From positions 4,700-53,854 of the forward strand of contig JBFMGS010000008.1 of NCBI GenBank assembly GCA_040752635.1: a stretch of 49,155 nt of DNA, written 5' to 3'. The notes below the pieces were generated by a model, which did no database searches, was not told where the DNA came from, and was given only the letters and a program-made list of their open reading frames with translations. The first letter of the stretch is position 1, and each line of letters begins with the position of its first letter. Position numbers and translations under genes: made by a program. The stretch comes from Bacillota bacterium (lineage in GTDB: Bacteria > Bacillota > SHA-98 > UBA4971). Positions 17,843-28,074 of this stretch are shown here, piece by piece.

Positions 17843-17960
17843 CCCCGCCCCCTAACGTTATCATCAACACCGTCATTCCCGACTGGTCGTGTCACTGCTG
17901 CCGGACTATACCCGCGCTGCCGGAGTATACCTGCTATGCTGCGCTTTATTGAGTTCTGCG

Positions 17961-19700
17961 CTACTTCGTGTCGTCGCCCCGGCTCAGCTCCGAAAGGAAC
18001 CTGTCCACAACAGCCCGTATCTCTTCGTCTGAAACGATCCTCGTTTGACTGCCTCGCAAGCCCGCGCTGCGGTGCTGAGCGGTCCCCGAGCCGCCTCTGC
18101 CGTCCCTCACCGTGGGTTGACCGGACACAAGCTCAGCGTGCTCCTGGGACTGCACAACGCCTTGCCTGCTCTTGGCTCCGGCTGCAGGCGGTATCGTGAC
18201 GGGCCGGTCAACGGCCGCCGCCGGGCCGACGATGGACGGCACAGGCCTGGGCCCGGAAGGTTGAATCGAGGATTGACTCGCCCTCCAGCTTGCTCCGACT
18301 CGGCGACCTTCGATCCCTTCTTCGTATAGCCCGCGGACATCCTCTGACGTCAGGTCATACGCTACACGCTTCACGTTCACAAGGTGCATCGGCCCCACGT
18401 TATCGGCGGTGATGCTGCCGCCCCAGGTGCCGCACCCGAGGGTCAGAGCGGGCTCGAGTCCCGTAGTCGCACCGATAGCGCCCTGGGAAGACGGGGTGTT
18501 GACGAGGATCCGGAACACGGGCTTCTTCAAGGCAAACTCCCTGATAACAGCCTCATTCCGCGAGTGGATGACAAGGCTGTGGCCGATGCCTCCGAATTTC
18601 AGGATCTCGATGCAGCGCTCGCAGGCTGCCTGCCAGTCAGGCTCGACGTAGAATGCCAGGATTGGGCTGAGCTTCTCCTTTGAAAGCGGGTACTGCGGTC
18701 CAACCCCGGCAAGACGCGCGATGAGGACCCGCGTGCCTTCCGGCACCGTGATTCCAGCCAGCCTGGCAATGGTCGCGGCGCTTCTGCCCACTATGGACGG
18801 GTTGATGTTCCCGGCAGGCTGCACCACGACCCTGGCGAGCGCGGCCGCCTCTGCATCGGTCAGGAAATACCCTCCTTGCGCTCTGACTTCTTCGACAACC
18901 TGGTTCTCAATGACTGACTCAGTCACTATCGCCTGTTCTGACGCACAGATCGTGCCGTTGTCAAAAGTTTTGCTTGCGAAGATGTCCGACACAGCCTTCT
19001 TTATGTCAGCCGTACGCTCTATGAACGCCGGGACGTTCCCCGGTCCGACCCCATAAGCAGGCTTGCCTGCGCTGTAGGCCGCCTTCACCATGGCCGACCC
19101 GCCCGTCGCCAAAATGAGCGCGGTCTCAGGATGGTGCATGAGCTCGTCGGTGGCCTGCTTTGTGGGGTGAATAATGCACTGGATAGCTCCCTTCGGAGCC
19201 CCCGCGGCGCACGCAGCGTCGGCCATGACCTGCGCGGCCTGGCAACTGCACTTGCACGCAGCCGGGTGAGGGCTAAATACAATTGGGTTGCGGGCCTTCA
19301 TGCTGATGAGGCTCTTGTATATCACCGTCGATGTCGGATTCGTAGACGGCACGAGCGCAATGATAACCCCCATCGGCTCTGCTATCTCTGCAATCCTGCG
19401 GGACGGGTCGCGCCGTATGATGCCCACGGTCTTGAGGTCGCGGATGGCTTCGTACACCCGCTCCGAGGCGAAGAGGTTCTTCGTGATCTTGTCCTCGTAT
19501 ACGCCAAAGCCGGTTTCGTCGGCGGCCATCTTTGCCAGCGCACGGGCGTTTGCCCGCCCGGCTTCGGCCATGCTCTTCACAATGCGGTCCACCTGCTCTT
19601 GCGTGAGCGAGGCCAGCTTCGCGCGAGAATCCGCAGCGCGCCTCATTGCTTCCCGAGCTTCTTGAATCGACATCAAGTCCGCATCAACAGCCATCCGCAT
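17961..19700 (-). CDS. CoA-acylating aldehyde dehydrogenase with C-terminal encapsulation peptide
   Basis: [39 protein letters not shown] and TLGCG motifs; a long linker, then [16 protein letters not shown]. Confidence 0.93.
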   Translation of the reverse strand: MRMAVDADLMSIQEAREAMRRAADSRAKLASLTQEQVDRIVKSMAEAGRANARALAKMAADETGFGVYEDKITKNLFASERVYEAIRDLKTVGIIRRDPSRRIAEIAEPMGVIIALVPSTNPTSTVIYKSLISMKARNPIVFSPHPAACKCSCQAAQVMADAACAAGAPKGAIQCIIHPTKQATDELMHHPETALILATGGSAMVKAAYSAGKPAYGVGPGNVPAFIERTADIKKAVSDIFASKTFDNGTICASEQAIVTESVIENQVVEEVRAQGGYFLTDAEAAALARVVVQPAGNINPSIVGRSAATIARLAGITVPEGTRVLIARLAGVGPQYPLSKEKLSPILAFYVEPDWQAACERCIEILKFGGIGHSLVIHSRNEAVIREFALKKPVFRILVNTPSSQGAIGATTGLEPALTLGCGTWGGSITADNVGPMHLVNVKRVAYDLTSEDVRGLYEEGIEGRRVGASWRASQSSIQPSGPRPVPSIVGPAAAVDRPVTIPPAAGAKSRQGVVQSQEHAELVSGQPTVRDGRGGSGTAQHRSAGLRGSQTRIVSDEEIRAVVDRFLSELSRGDDTK

Positions 19701-19734
19701 TTCCCCTCCCCCAGCGCAACCGGCTCAGGGCAAG

Positions 19735-20703
19735 CTACCCCAGGCCCTGCACACCCAGAAGCTCTTTAGCCGTCGCCTCGTCGGTAACGAGCACGTTCAT
19801 GAACCGTCCCCGAAGCGCCCCTCGTATCCCGGCGACCTTGTGTGAGCCGCCCGCCACCGCGACGGAGAAATCTTTGCGTGCAAACTCCTGAAGGTCAAGC
19901 CCGATCGTCCTTTGATTCAGGGCCTCATCGCAAATGGATCCGTCCTCCGTGAAGAACCGCGAGCACAGGTCTCCAACCGCACCTCTCGTAACCAGCGCCT
20001 CCATCCCGTCGGGCGAGAAGTAACCGGCCTGGACCAGGATAGACGACTTGTCCGGGTGACCGATCGTGAACACCGCAACGTTCGCACTCTCGCCCATCTC
20101 GAGCACCCTGGATAAATTGCGGTCCTTCACGAGAGCTTCTTTGATTTGCCGGCGCTCGACAATGGCCGGCACGGAAAGGAAGTACGGCGTCGCTCCAAAC
20201 GCCTTTGCAAATAGGAGAGCTATTTCGTTTCCGTGGATTAACGCCTCGCCTTTTCCAGACAGCGTTCCTTCAAGCTGGACTACGCTCACGCCAGCCCGCC
20301 TCATCGGGCGTAGCGCCCGCGCGACCTGGAGCATCGTCGTGCCCCCGGTTACCCCGATCGTGTCGTTATCGCGCACGATCTCCCTGAGCAGCCTCGCAGC
20401 CGCCTGCCCCAGGTGCCATGCCAGAGGCCTGCGGCTTGATCGCGGCACCGGGCAAACCACCGCCCGCTTCAGTCCGAATCTCACCTGAAGCTCCCGCGCG
20501 AGCTCTGACTCTTCCCTAAATGGGTCCGACACGGTTACCTGTACGATACCAATCTCCCTTGCTCTCGTCAGCATCCTTGAAATGCGACTGCGCGACAGCC
20601 CGACTCTCTCCGCAATCTCCTGCTGGCCGAGGCCGTACTCGTAGTACATACGAGCAATTTCGACGAGAACCTCTGCATCTTTGTGTGCCATCTCTGTATC
20701 CAT
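19735..20703 (-). CDS. SorC/DeoR(Bacillus)-family sugar-phosphate-sensing regulator #1
   Basis: HTH ARMYYEYGLGQQEIAERVGLSRSRISRML plus sugar-binding domain (GGTTM, AVGDLCSRFF, RTIG, VAGG). Start ATG 20703 or 20691. Confidence 0.9.
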   Translation of the reverse strand: MDTEMAHKDAEVLVEIARMYYEYGLGQQEIAERVGLSRSRISRMLTRAREIGIVQVTVSDPFREESELARELQVRFGLKRAVVCPVPRSSRRPLAWHLGQAAARLLREIVRDNDTIGVTGGTTMLQVARALRPMRRAGVSVVQLEGTLSGKGEALIHGNEIALLFAKAFGATPYFLSVPAIVERRQIKEALVKDRNLSRVLEMGESANVAVFTIGHPDKSSILVQAGYFSPDGMEALVTRGAVGDLCSRFFTEDGSICDEALNQRTIGLDLQEFARKDFSVAVAGGSHKVAGIRGALRGRFMNVLVTDEATAKELLGVQGLG

Positions 20704-20845
20704 GCCCACTCTCCGACCTCGTGCTCGAGGGACTGCAGCGTACCCCCAGGAACTCGACGCCCTGCTATCCTCCGGGGGAACGCGCTCGCTATTGCATGCC
20801 GCTACGGTCAACTTGGGATCCCCAAGTTACCGGGGCCCGGGCTTT

Positions 20846-20995
20846 CCGCTTCAGTCCGAATCTCACCTGAATCTCCCCCGTGAGCTCTGACTCTTCCCTA
20901 AATGGGTCCGACACGGTTACCTGTACGATACCGGTCTCCCTTGCTCTCGTCAGCAACCTCGAAACGCGACTGCGCGACAGCCCGACTCTCTCCGC
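20846..20995 (-). pseudogene. 150-bp duplicate of the HTH region of regulator #1
   Basis: Aligned by hand to 20464-20613: 142/150 identical, no indels; lacks the gene's start and C-terminal domain. Confidence 0.85.
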
Positions 20996-21030
20996 CACTG
21001 GCTTTTCCAACAGTTTTGAGTGGTTCGGTG

Positions 21031-21064
21031 AGCACGTTTGTGCCTGCATAGGCACAAACGTGCT
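21031..21064. promoter_or_regulatory. Tandem palindromic operator (GCAC-N4-GTGC x2) upstream of the BMC operon
   Basis: GCACGTTTGTGC (21032-21043) and GCACAAACGTGC (21052-21063); together they form a perfect 15-bp inverted repeat. Confidence 0.6.
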
Positions 21065-21285
21065 TCCAACAAGTTATTCGCTGCCGGCACAAGAATTCCT
21101 GCAACTCCGGTAAAGACTTCTAGGATTTTCTCTTGCCAAACTCTGGACGTGTTACAAATAGTGGCCTTTTGCGGGCATTGCTCCACACGGCACCGCCAGG
21201 ACACTCAGGATATGTCCCAACACGGCCGTGCAAGAGTTGCAAGGCTTATCAGGAGATCAGGCGTGAATACCGTCCTACTTCGGTC

Positions 21286-22233
21286 TCATGTTAGACGCAT
21301 CATCTCAAGGGCTGCAAGTTCGTCTATGATGAGCGTATTCACATAACCTCCTCTCGCCGCGCCGACTATACCCCTCGCTTTGTGTGCTCCGGCAGCCACG
21401 CCGACAGTATGTTCCTTGTTGCGTAGATCCTCAAGACCGATGCCGATAGTCCGCGCGTCGAGTTCAGGGTCAACGATGTTCCCGTTAATGTCAAAGTACC
21501 TCGAACATATGTCTCCGACTGCCCCACGGGTGACGAGGCTCGCAACCTCCTGTGCCGTGACGTAGCCTGCCTCCACCAGGATAGAACGGGCATCAGGAAA
21601 ACCAACGCTAAAGACAGCTACGTCCGCCCGCTTAGCCAGGTCAATAGTAGACCGTATCCCGGGATCTGCAAGGAACTGCGCGCACAGATCTCTGCTGCGG
21701 GTGACCGCTGGAGCCGGGAGTGAGTACGACTCCGCGTTGTATGCCTGTGCAAACTTCATCAATATGGTGGCAGCGTTCTCGTGGGTGCGGCTCGACCTGG
21801 CATTCCCATTCAACTGCACTACTCTCACCCCGGACAGCCCATTGGGAATCAATCTTCCGGCCACTTCATACATAGTCGTCCCCCAGGAAACAGCTATCAC
21901 GGCCCTGTCGCGGATAATACCGTGAAGATACGAGGCTGCAACCTCGCTGACAGCCCGTTTTGCCTCCTGGTCGTCGTCCTTTGAGTTTGGGACGATTATG
22001 ACTTCCTTGAGTCCGAATATCTGCTTAAGGACCTCAGCCCTCTCTTTACAAGCTTCTTCAGGATCGAACACCTCTATCTTGACAAGGCCTTTTACCCGGG
22101 CTTGCGAGAGGCATCTCGAGACCACCGGCCTTGATACCCCCACCATCCGCGCGATTTCAGCCTGAGTAAGTCCATCTTCGTAATAGAGCCTGGCCACCCT
22201 CGAACAGAGTTCGTCACTGTCCACAATGCTCAT
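21286..22233 (-). CDS. SorC/DeoR(Bacillus)-family regulator #2
   Basis: VARLYYEDGLTQAEIARMVGVSRPVVSR, SWGTTM and AVGDICSRYF motifs. Confidence 0.92.
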   Translation of the reverse strand: MSIVDSDELCSRVARLYYEDGLTQAEIARMVGVSRPVVSRCLSQARVKGLVKIEVFDPEEACKERAEVLKQIFGLKEVIIVPNSKDDDQEAKRAVSEVAASYLHGIIRDRAVIAVSWGTTMYEVAGRLIPNGLSGVRVVQLNGNARSSRTHENAATILMKFAQAYNAESYSLPAPAVTRSRDLCAQFLADPGIRSTIDLAKRADVAVFSVGFPDARSILVEAGYVTAQEVASLVTRGAVGDICSRYFDINGNIVDPELDARTIGIGLEDLRNKEHTVGVAAGAHKARGIVGAARGGYVNTLIIDELAALEMMRLT

Positions 22234-23264
22234 AGCAGGGCCACACCACCCAGCGGCGTCTCAGAATCGGTCCTCGCGTTAACCCGAACCTGGTTCACAC
22301 TGGGCGCCTGGTGTCTTGCCAAATTCATCACGTCTCGGGCGGTGGTCTCGTCCGTTATCAGGACGTCAACATACCCGGCACGAATAGCGCCCAGTATACC
22401 GGCCACTTTCTGTCCACCGCCTGCAACCGTTATTTTGAGGGGAATCGTCGCAAGGTTCGAAAGGGATAGGCCAAGAGTGCGCTTATCAAGGGTAGGGTCG
22501 CAGATCCGCCCGAGGCTGTCAAAGAAACGAGAGCAGATGTCCCCCACCGCACCCCTGATCTGCAGATTCTTCATGTCCTCTGGTGTTAGATAGCCTGCCC
22601 CAACAAGAACGCATGCGGGGTCCACTACACCTACGGTAAAAACAGCAACGTCGGATCCTCTTGCGATCTCCAGGGCCTCTGCAATAGACGGATCCTTGCT
22701 GAACGCCTCGCTGAGAGCCGGGTCTTGAACAATAGCCGGGGCGGGAAACGAAAGCGCCTTAGCTCCCAGCTTGGTGGCAATCATCTGAAGCACCTGCGCC
22801 CCCAGGTACGAGGCTCCTCCTTGGCCAACGCAGCCATTTAGCTGCACCACGCAGACTCCTGGTATTCTAGCAGGTCGGAGCCTTAGGGCTACTTCGAATA
22901 GAGTGGTCCCCCAGGATATGCCTACCTTATGCCCCGGCCGAATCACTTCTGAGAGGTATGACGCGGCCGCTGCACCCAACCGCTCTTTGAGTCTGGCATC
23001 CCCACCACCGTCAATGGCAGGGACGAGGACCAGGTCTTTAAGGCCGAACGCCCGCTGCAGCTCGCTGCCTGCGCCGGAGCCCGCGGTGTTCCCGCTGGCA
23101 AATGATATCTTTACGATACCTCTGCGTTTTGCCTCCGCCAGCATTCGAGACACGGTCGATCTTGATGTCCCTAAAGATACAGCGATTTCCCGTTCAGACA
23201 GATTCTCCTCATAGTACAATCTTGCAGCGCGGACGAGGTCGCGAAGCCGCCCGAGGTCACTCAA
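22230..23264 (-). CDS. SorC/DeoR(Bacillus)-family regulator #3
   Basis: AARLYYEENLSEREIAVSLGTSRSTVSRML, SWGTTL and AVGDICSRFF motifs; stop overlaps the start of #2. Confidence 0.92.
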   Translation of the reverse strand: MSDLGRLRDLVRAARLYYEENLSEREIAVSLGTSRSTVSRMLAEAKRRGIVKISFASGNTAGSGAGSELQRAFGLKDLVLVPAIDGGGDARLKERLGAAAASYLSEVIRPGHKVGISWGTTLFEVALRLRPARIPGVCVVQLNGCVGQGGASYLGAQVLQMIATKLGAKALSFPAPAIVQDPALSEAFSKDPSIAEALEIARGSDVAVFTVGVVDPACVLVGAGYLTPEDMKNLQIRGAVGDICSRFFDSLGRICDPTLDKRTLGLSLSNLATIPLKITVAGGGQKVAGILGAIRAGYVDVLITDETTARDVMNLARHQAPSVNQVRVNARTDSETPLGGVALL

Positions 23265-23321
23265 CGTGCATACACCGCCAACCCTGGAAGTTTACACCTC
23301 ACAGAGCTCCGCCCCAATTGG

Positions 23322-24389
23322 TTAGCTCCGTGATGCAAGCCAGCGCTGTAAGAATACGCCGCCCAGGATGATTATTCCTTTCACGATTCGCTGCGGGAAA
23401 GGATGAACACCGACGAGATTGAGCACATTCGTAATGAGGGTGAGTATTAACACCCCGACTGCCGTGCCCGTCACGCCCCCGCGGCCCCCCGACAGGCTGG
23501 TGCCGCCGATGACTACCGCGGCAATTGCGTCCAATTCGAAGAGCTCCCCTTGCCTGGGTTCACCCTGGTCAATACGGCACGCCATGAGTATCCCCGCAAG
23601 CGCGGCAAACGCGCCGGCGATCACGTACACAAGGATCTTGTGACGGTCGCAGTTGATGCCCGATAACCTCGCAGAGTCTTCGTCCCCTCCCACCGCGTAG
23701 ACCCACCGTCCGAAAACGGTCCTCTTCAGAACAAACGCTGATACAAGAAGGCAGGCGATCCAGATAGCGACAGGGACCGGCAGACGGCCCAAGTTTCCAA
23801 ACCCAAACACCGAAAGGGACTCGCCCAGGCCGAATATGGTCCTCCCTCCGGCCAACATGTAGGCCACGCCTCTGATAGACACCATTGTTGCAAGGGTGGC
23901 AACGAATGCAGGGATCTGAGCCTTTGCGATCAAGAACCCGTTTACCAGGCCGACCACAGCGCCGGACGCAAGTGCCGTTATGACAATAAGCGGATCGGGC
24001 ATCGCCGGCGAAAGAGTGACGACGTAGCCTTTGTAACCACCCCAGTGGAACAGGTAGGCCAGCAAGACCCCGGATACCGCGACAGTAGCACCTACTGAAA
24101 GATCGATGCCTCCGGACAGGATCACGAAAGTCATACCGGTGGCCACAAGCCCGATGTAGCTTGCCTGCCGCAAAAGGTTCGCTATGTTAGTCCACGTCAG
24201 AAACGCCGGTGAGACCTGTGCGCTGACAATAACAAGGAGCAGGAATATCATGTACACACTGTTTCTGCCTAGCGCATCCCGCCAGGCGCCAACCCGTCTC
24301 ACCTTACGCTCAAGATGAAGCCTAGTGGCGACAGGTTGTCCATTTGCTCCCGTCACGCCCATCACGCGACCCTCACCCCCATCGCGCAA
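23322..24389 (-). CDS. Ribose-type (CUT2) ABC permease
   Basis: GGIDLSVG, IPAFVATL, AVGGDEDSARLSGI and ELDAIAAVVIGGTSLSGG motifs. The start is probably near 24363-24366. Confidence 0.92.
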   Translation of the reverse strand: MRDGGEGRVMGVTGANGQPVATRLHLERKVRRVGAWRDALGRNSVYMIFLLLVIVSAQVSPAFLTWTNIANLLRQASYIGLVATGMTFVILSGGIDLSVGATVAVSGVLLAYLFHWGGYKGYVVTLSPAMPDPLIVITALASGAVVGLVNGFLIAKAQIPAFVATLATMVSIRGVAYMLAGGRTIFGLGESLSVFGFGNLGRLPVPVAIWIACLLVSAFVLKRTVFGRWVYAVGGDEDSARLSGINCDRHKILVYVIAGAFAALAGILMACRIDQGEPRQGELFELDAIAAVVIGGTSLSGGRGGVTGTAVGVLILTLITNVLNLVGVHPFPQRIVKGIIILGGVFLQRWLASRS

Positions 24390-25876
24390 GCAAGAACATC
24401 CTCTTGTGTGGTTTCTTTCGGCACGAACTCTCCAGCAATGCTGCCCTTTCGCATAACGATGAGCCTGTCGCTTATCGCCATTATCTCGGAAAGCTCCGAC
24501 GATATCACAAGCAACGCCTTGCCCTGACCTGCTATGGCTCTGATGAGCGCGTGGATCTCCGTTTTAGCACCTACGTCCACGCCGCGCGTCGGCTCATCCA
24601 GGATCAGTACCCTGCACGCCGTTGCAAGCCATTTAGCTAACACTACTTTCTGCTGGTTCCCGCCGCTCAGGTTTTCTACGAGCGTCGAGAGAGAAGCCAC
24701 CTTGATCCTCAATTCATCCACGGACTTCTTTGCTGTCGCGTGGAGAGACCGTGCGTTTACCACTCCGAACTTCGAAAGTTGCTCCCAAATCGTCAGCGTC
24801 GAGTTGTCGGCGACGCTCATGCCAAGCACCAGGCCATGCCTCTTTCTATCTTCGGGAACCAGCCCGATTCCAAGTCTCATTGCATGTCGCGGCGAGGAAG
24901 GTTTCACTTCCTTCCCGTCCAGGATGATTGTCCCCGAATCCGACCTATCCGCTCCGACCAGTGCGTGCGCCAGCTCCGTTCTGCCGGCCCCGACAAGTCC
25001 GAACACGCCTACGATCTCACCTGCTAGTATGTGGAGGCTCACATCAGTCAGGACTCCCCGGCGGGAAAGGTTTCTGACCTCCAGAACAGGTGCCCCGGCG
25101 CTGTGCTCTACTCTACCGTTAGATTCCACCACCTCTCTCCCGGTCATCATGCGGACCAAGTCCGATTGCGTAACATCCGAAACCCTGAACGTTCCGACCA
25201 CCTCCCCGTCTCTAAGGACGGTGACGCGGTCGCCTATCTCGAAGATTTCCTCAAGACGGTGAGAAATGTATATAATTGCCACGCCGTCCCGCTGAAGTCC
25301 TTTCATTATATTGAACAGCTTACCCAGCTCTTCCACTGTCAACACGGCTGACGGCTCATCCAGCACTATCACCTTCGCCCTGAAGGACAGGGCTTTGGCG
25401 ATTGCAATGATCTGTTGCTGCGCAACAGTGAGTTGCTCCACAGGCACAGCCACGTCAACCTCGACACCGAAAGGCTCTATCAGCCTTTCGGCTTCCTGGT
25501 GTTGCCGGCGGGCATTCACGGTTCCAAGAGGAGTCCGGATCTCCCGGCCGAGGAATATGTTCTCCGTGGCTGAAAGGCAGGGATTCAACGCCAGTTCCTG
25601 GTACAGTACTGATATGCCCGCCTTCAGCGCCGCATGGGGATTCGGAAAGATCATCTTTTCCCCATCCAGCAAGATATCGCCTCCGTCCATCCTGTAAGCC
25701 CCGCCGAGGATCTTCATGAGAGTTGACTTGCCTGCGCCGTTCTGTCCCACCAGGCAATGAATCTCGCCCCGTCGCACAGAGAGGGAGACGTCGTGTAGAG
25801 CCCTCACGCCGGGAAACGATTTCGAGACGTGCTCCATGCGCAGTACAAACTCATCTGCCACTATAACCACCACCAC
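24362..25876 (-). CDS. CUT2 ABC ATPase (RbsA/MglA-like, two domains)
   Basis: GQNGAGKST, DEPSA, YISHRLEEI, LSGGNQQK and DEPTRGVDVGAK motifs. Confidence 0.95.
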   Translation of the reverse strand: MVVVIVADEFVLRMEHVSKSFPGVRALHDVSLSVRRGEIHCLVGQNGAGKSTLMKILGGAYRMDGGDILLDGEKMIFPNPHAALKAGISVLYQELALNPCLSATENIFLGREIRTPLGTVNARRQHQEAERLIEPFGVEVDVAVPVEQLTVAQQQIIAIAKALSFRAKVIVLDEPSAVLTVEELGKLFNIMKGLQRDGVAIIYISHRLEEIFEIGDRVTVLRDGEVVGTFRVSDVTQSDLVRMMTGREVVESNGRVEHSAGAPVLEVRNLSRRGVLTDVSLHILAGEIVGVFGLVGAGRTELAHALVGADRSDSGTIILDGKEVKPSSPRHAMRLGIGLVPEDRKRHGLVLGMSVADNSTLTIWEQLSKFGVVNARSLHATAKKSVDELRIKVASLSTLVENLSGGNQQKVVLAKWLATACRVLILDEPTRGVDVGAKTEIHALIRAIAGQGKALLVISSELSEIMAISDRLIVMRKGSIAGEFVPKETTQEDVLACAMGVRVA

Positions 25877-25888
25877 ATAGCGCCATGC

Positions 25889-26938
25889 TTACCGCCTTCG
25901 CGTGGCCCCTTGCATGAGCACCGCCGCGATAATGATCAGGCCTTTGGCAACTTGCTGTGGGTATGGCGGTACTTCCATGAGGTTGAGGATGTTCGAGATA
26001 AGCCCAAGCACCAGCGCGCCTATGACCGTCCCCGCAATGCTGCCCCGCCCGCCGCTCAAAGAGGTACCACCGATGATCGCTGCTGCAATGGCGTCAGCTT
26101 CCATACCGGCACCCTCGCGCGGCTCGGCCGCGCCCATCCGACCGAGCATTAGCACACCCGCAAGAGTTGCCAGCACCCCGCTTATCGTGTATACGATGAT
26201 TCTGACCCGGTCGCTATCTATCCCAGAAAGCCACGAGGCGCGTTCATTGCCTCCAACAGCATATACTTTCTTCCCGAACACGGAGCTCCTCAATACAAAC
26301 ATGCACGCAACTGATACCAGCGCCCAAATCATAACGGGTACCGGCAACACGCCAACCCGACCGGCACCCAACCATTCGACTTCGTGAGTAATACCCGGAA
26401 TCGGAAACCCTGCGGTATAGGTAAAGGCGAGACCTCGAATCGCGACCATTGCGCCAAGCGTGACGACGAACGGAGGCATGCCGGCTTTGGTGACCAGGAC
26501 CCCATTTATAAACCCGAGCAGTGCCCCGACTCCGAGTGTGAGAAGCAGGGTGGGGAGGAAAGGCATGATAGGTGCGAGTTCTCTAGATTGCTCAAAACCG
26601 GCTGTCAACTCAGGCATGAACCTGAAAAAGAAACCATGCTGGAAGGTGGCAAGCAGAACTCCTGCGAAGGCGAAAGTTGCACCGACTGACAGGTCGATCC
26701 CTCCGGTGAGGATCACAAAAGTCATCCCCAGGCTCACAAGGCCCACAAAGCTCGACCTGAGCAGCAGATTCATGATGTTCTCCACGGTGAAGAACCGGGG
26801 CGATATGAGCCCGGAAATGACAACGAGCGCCCCGAATACGATATAAAGCTTGTATGCGGTCCAAAACGCGGCGAGCCGCCCGCCTCGCCAGCCTTTGTAT
26901 TCCAAACCGGAACTCCCGGACACTTCCCTAGACAACAT
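25889..26938 (-). CDS. CUT2 ABC permease
   Basis: GGIDLSVG, MPPFVVTLG, AVGGNERASWLSGI and DAIAAAIIGGTSLSGG motifs. Confidence 0.92.
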   Translation of the reverse strand: MLSREVSGSSGLEYKGWRGGRLAAFWTAYKLYIVFGALVVISGLISPRFFTVENIMNLLLRSSFVGLVSLGMTFVILTGGIDLSVGATFAFAGVLLATFQHGFFFRFMPELTAGFEQSRELAPIMPFLPTLLLTLGVGALLGFINGVLVTKAGMPPFVVTLGAMVAIRGLAFTYTAGFPIPGITHEVEWLGAGRVGVLPVPVMIWALVSVACMFVLRSSVFGKKVYAVGGNERASWLSGIDSDRVRIIVYTISGVLATLAGVLMLGRMGAAEPREGAGMEADAIAAAIIGGTSLSGGRGSIAGTVIGALVLGLISNILNLMEVPPYPQQVAKGLIIIAAVLMQGATRRR

Positions 26939-27009
26939 GATTCCAGCCCCGTTTCCTTAACTGCCGCCTTCTAAGAACAGCCGTCCTCTAAGGTTCGCAC
27001 GCCCCGCCA

Positions 27010-27053
27010 CCCGGGTCCGGGCTCTCTCGTCACCGAGCTCGCCCGGACCCGGG
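27010..27053. promoter_or_regulatory. GC-rich stem-loop just 3' of the solute-binding gene
   Basis: Perfect 13-bp stem CCCGGGTCCGGGC/GCCCGGACCCGGG with no U-tract; position typical of an mRNA-stabilising or partial-termination element in ABC operons. Confidence 0.55.
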
Positions 27054-27114
27054 AATGCAGGCACCGTCTTACCTGTCCCTGCACGGCGGGGTCACGCAAC
27101 TCCCCTGGGCTTTC

Positions 27115-28074
27115 CTAGAAGATACTGTCAGGGTTGTAGTACTTCTCAACATTCTCCTTGGTCACCAGGATGGTACCGGTGATCACCCGCTCCGGGTGGG
27201 CCTTGCCATCGAGGTGATCAACCATCATTTCTACCGCCTTAGTAGCTATCTCATAAGAGTTGTTGATTACCGTTCCGATGAACTGGCCGCCTTTCATTAT
27301 CTCTTCGTATGCCTGCCGCTGGCCGTCAATGCCCACCACGAAGACGTCCTTTCTCCCTGCAGCGCGGAGAGTCTTGAGCGCCCCAAGGCCCATGGCGTCA
27401 TTGTGCGTGTAGACGAGCTTCACGTCCGGGTGGGCGGCGAGGGCTTCCTCCATCCTTGCCATGCCCTCAGCGGTGTTGTAATGTGCAATGTACGGTCCTA
27501 CGATCTTGATACCGGGGTATTTCTTTGAAAGCACGGCGTGCATCCCGCCGCCCCGGCCTTTGCCCGCGGAATCGCCGGGATCTCCCGCGATCTCAACCAC
27601 TTTGCCTTTGCCGTTCAATGTCTTGCCGATGAGTTCGCCGGCGAGCTCCCCGGCTTTCCACTGATCGATTCCCACATATCCCACGTGACCCTCTGCCAAT
27701 TCTCTGTCTGCGCAGATAATGGGAATCTTAGCCGCCAGCGCCTTTTTTACAGCAGAGTCGAGCGCGGTCGGAGTCACAGGGTTCACAATTATCCCATCGA
27801 CTTTCTTTGTGATGAGGTCCTCCATGTCAGCGATCTGTCGCGCTACGATGTTGTCTGCGTTCAACCATATGAGCTTGACGCCAAGACGTTCGGCGGTGTC
27901 AACTGCCCCTTGATAAAGCGCCAGGTAGTAGGGGCAGTTCATTACAACCTGTGAAAACCCGATCGTATATCGATACTGTTTCTGCGCGCCAACTCCCACG
28001 CTGAGCGACACGAGCACGAGCATTACCATAATCCCAGCGAGCACGTGCTTTCCAAAGGACAATCTCCTCAGCAT
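27115..28074 (-). CDS. RbsB-like sugar/polyol-binding protein
   Basis: Signal peptide without lipobox; GIIVNP, IPIICADR, RGGG, HNDAMGLGA and VGIDG motifs. Confidence 0.92.
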   Translation of the reverse strand: MLRRLSFGKHVLAGIMVMLVLVSLSVGVGAQKQYRYTIGFSQVVMNCPYYLALYQGAVDTAERLGVKLIWLNADNIVARQIADMEDLITKKVDGIIVNPVTPTALDSAVKKALAAKIPIICADRELAEGHVGYVGIDQWKAGELAGELIGKTLNGKGKVVEIAGDPGDSAGKGRGGGMHAVLSKKYPGIKIVGPYIAHYNTAEGMARMEEALAAHPDVKLVYTHNDAMGLGALKTLRAAGRKDVFVVGIDGQRQAYEEIMKGGQFIGTVINNSYEIATKAVEMMVDHLDGKAHPERVITGTILVTKENVEKYYNPDSIF

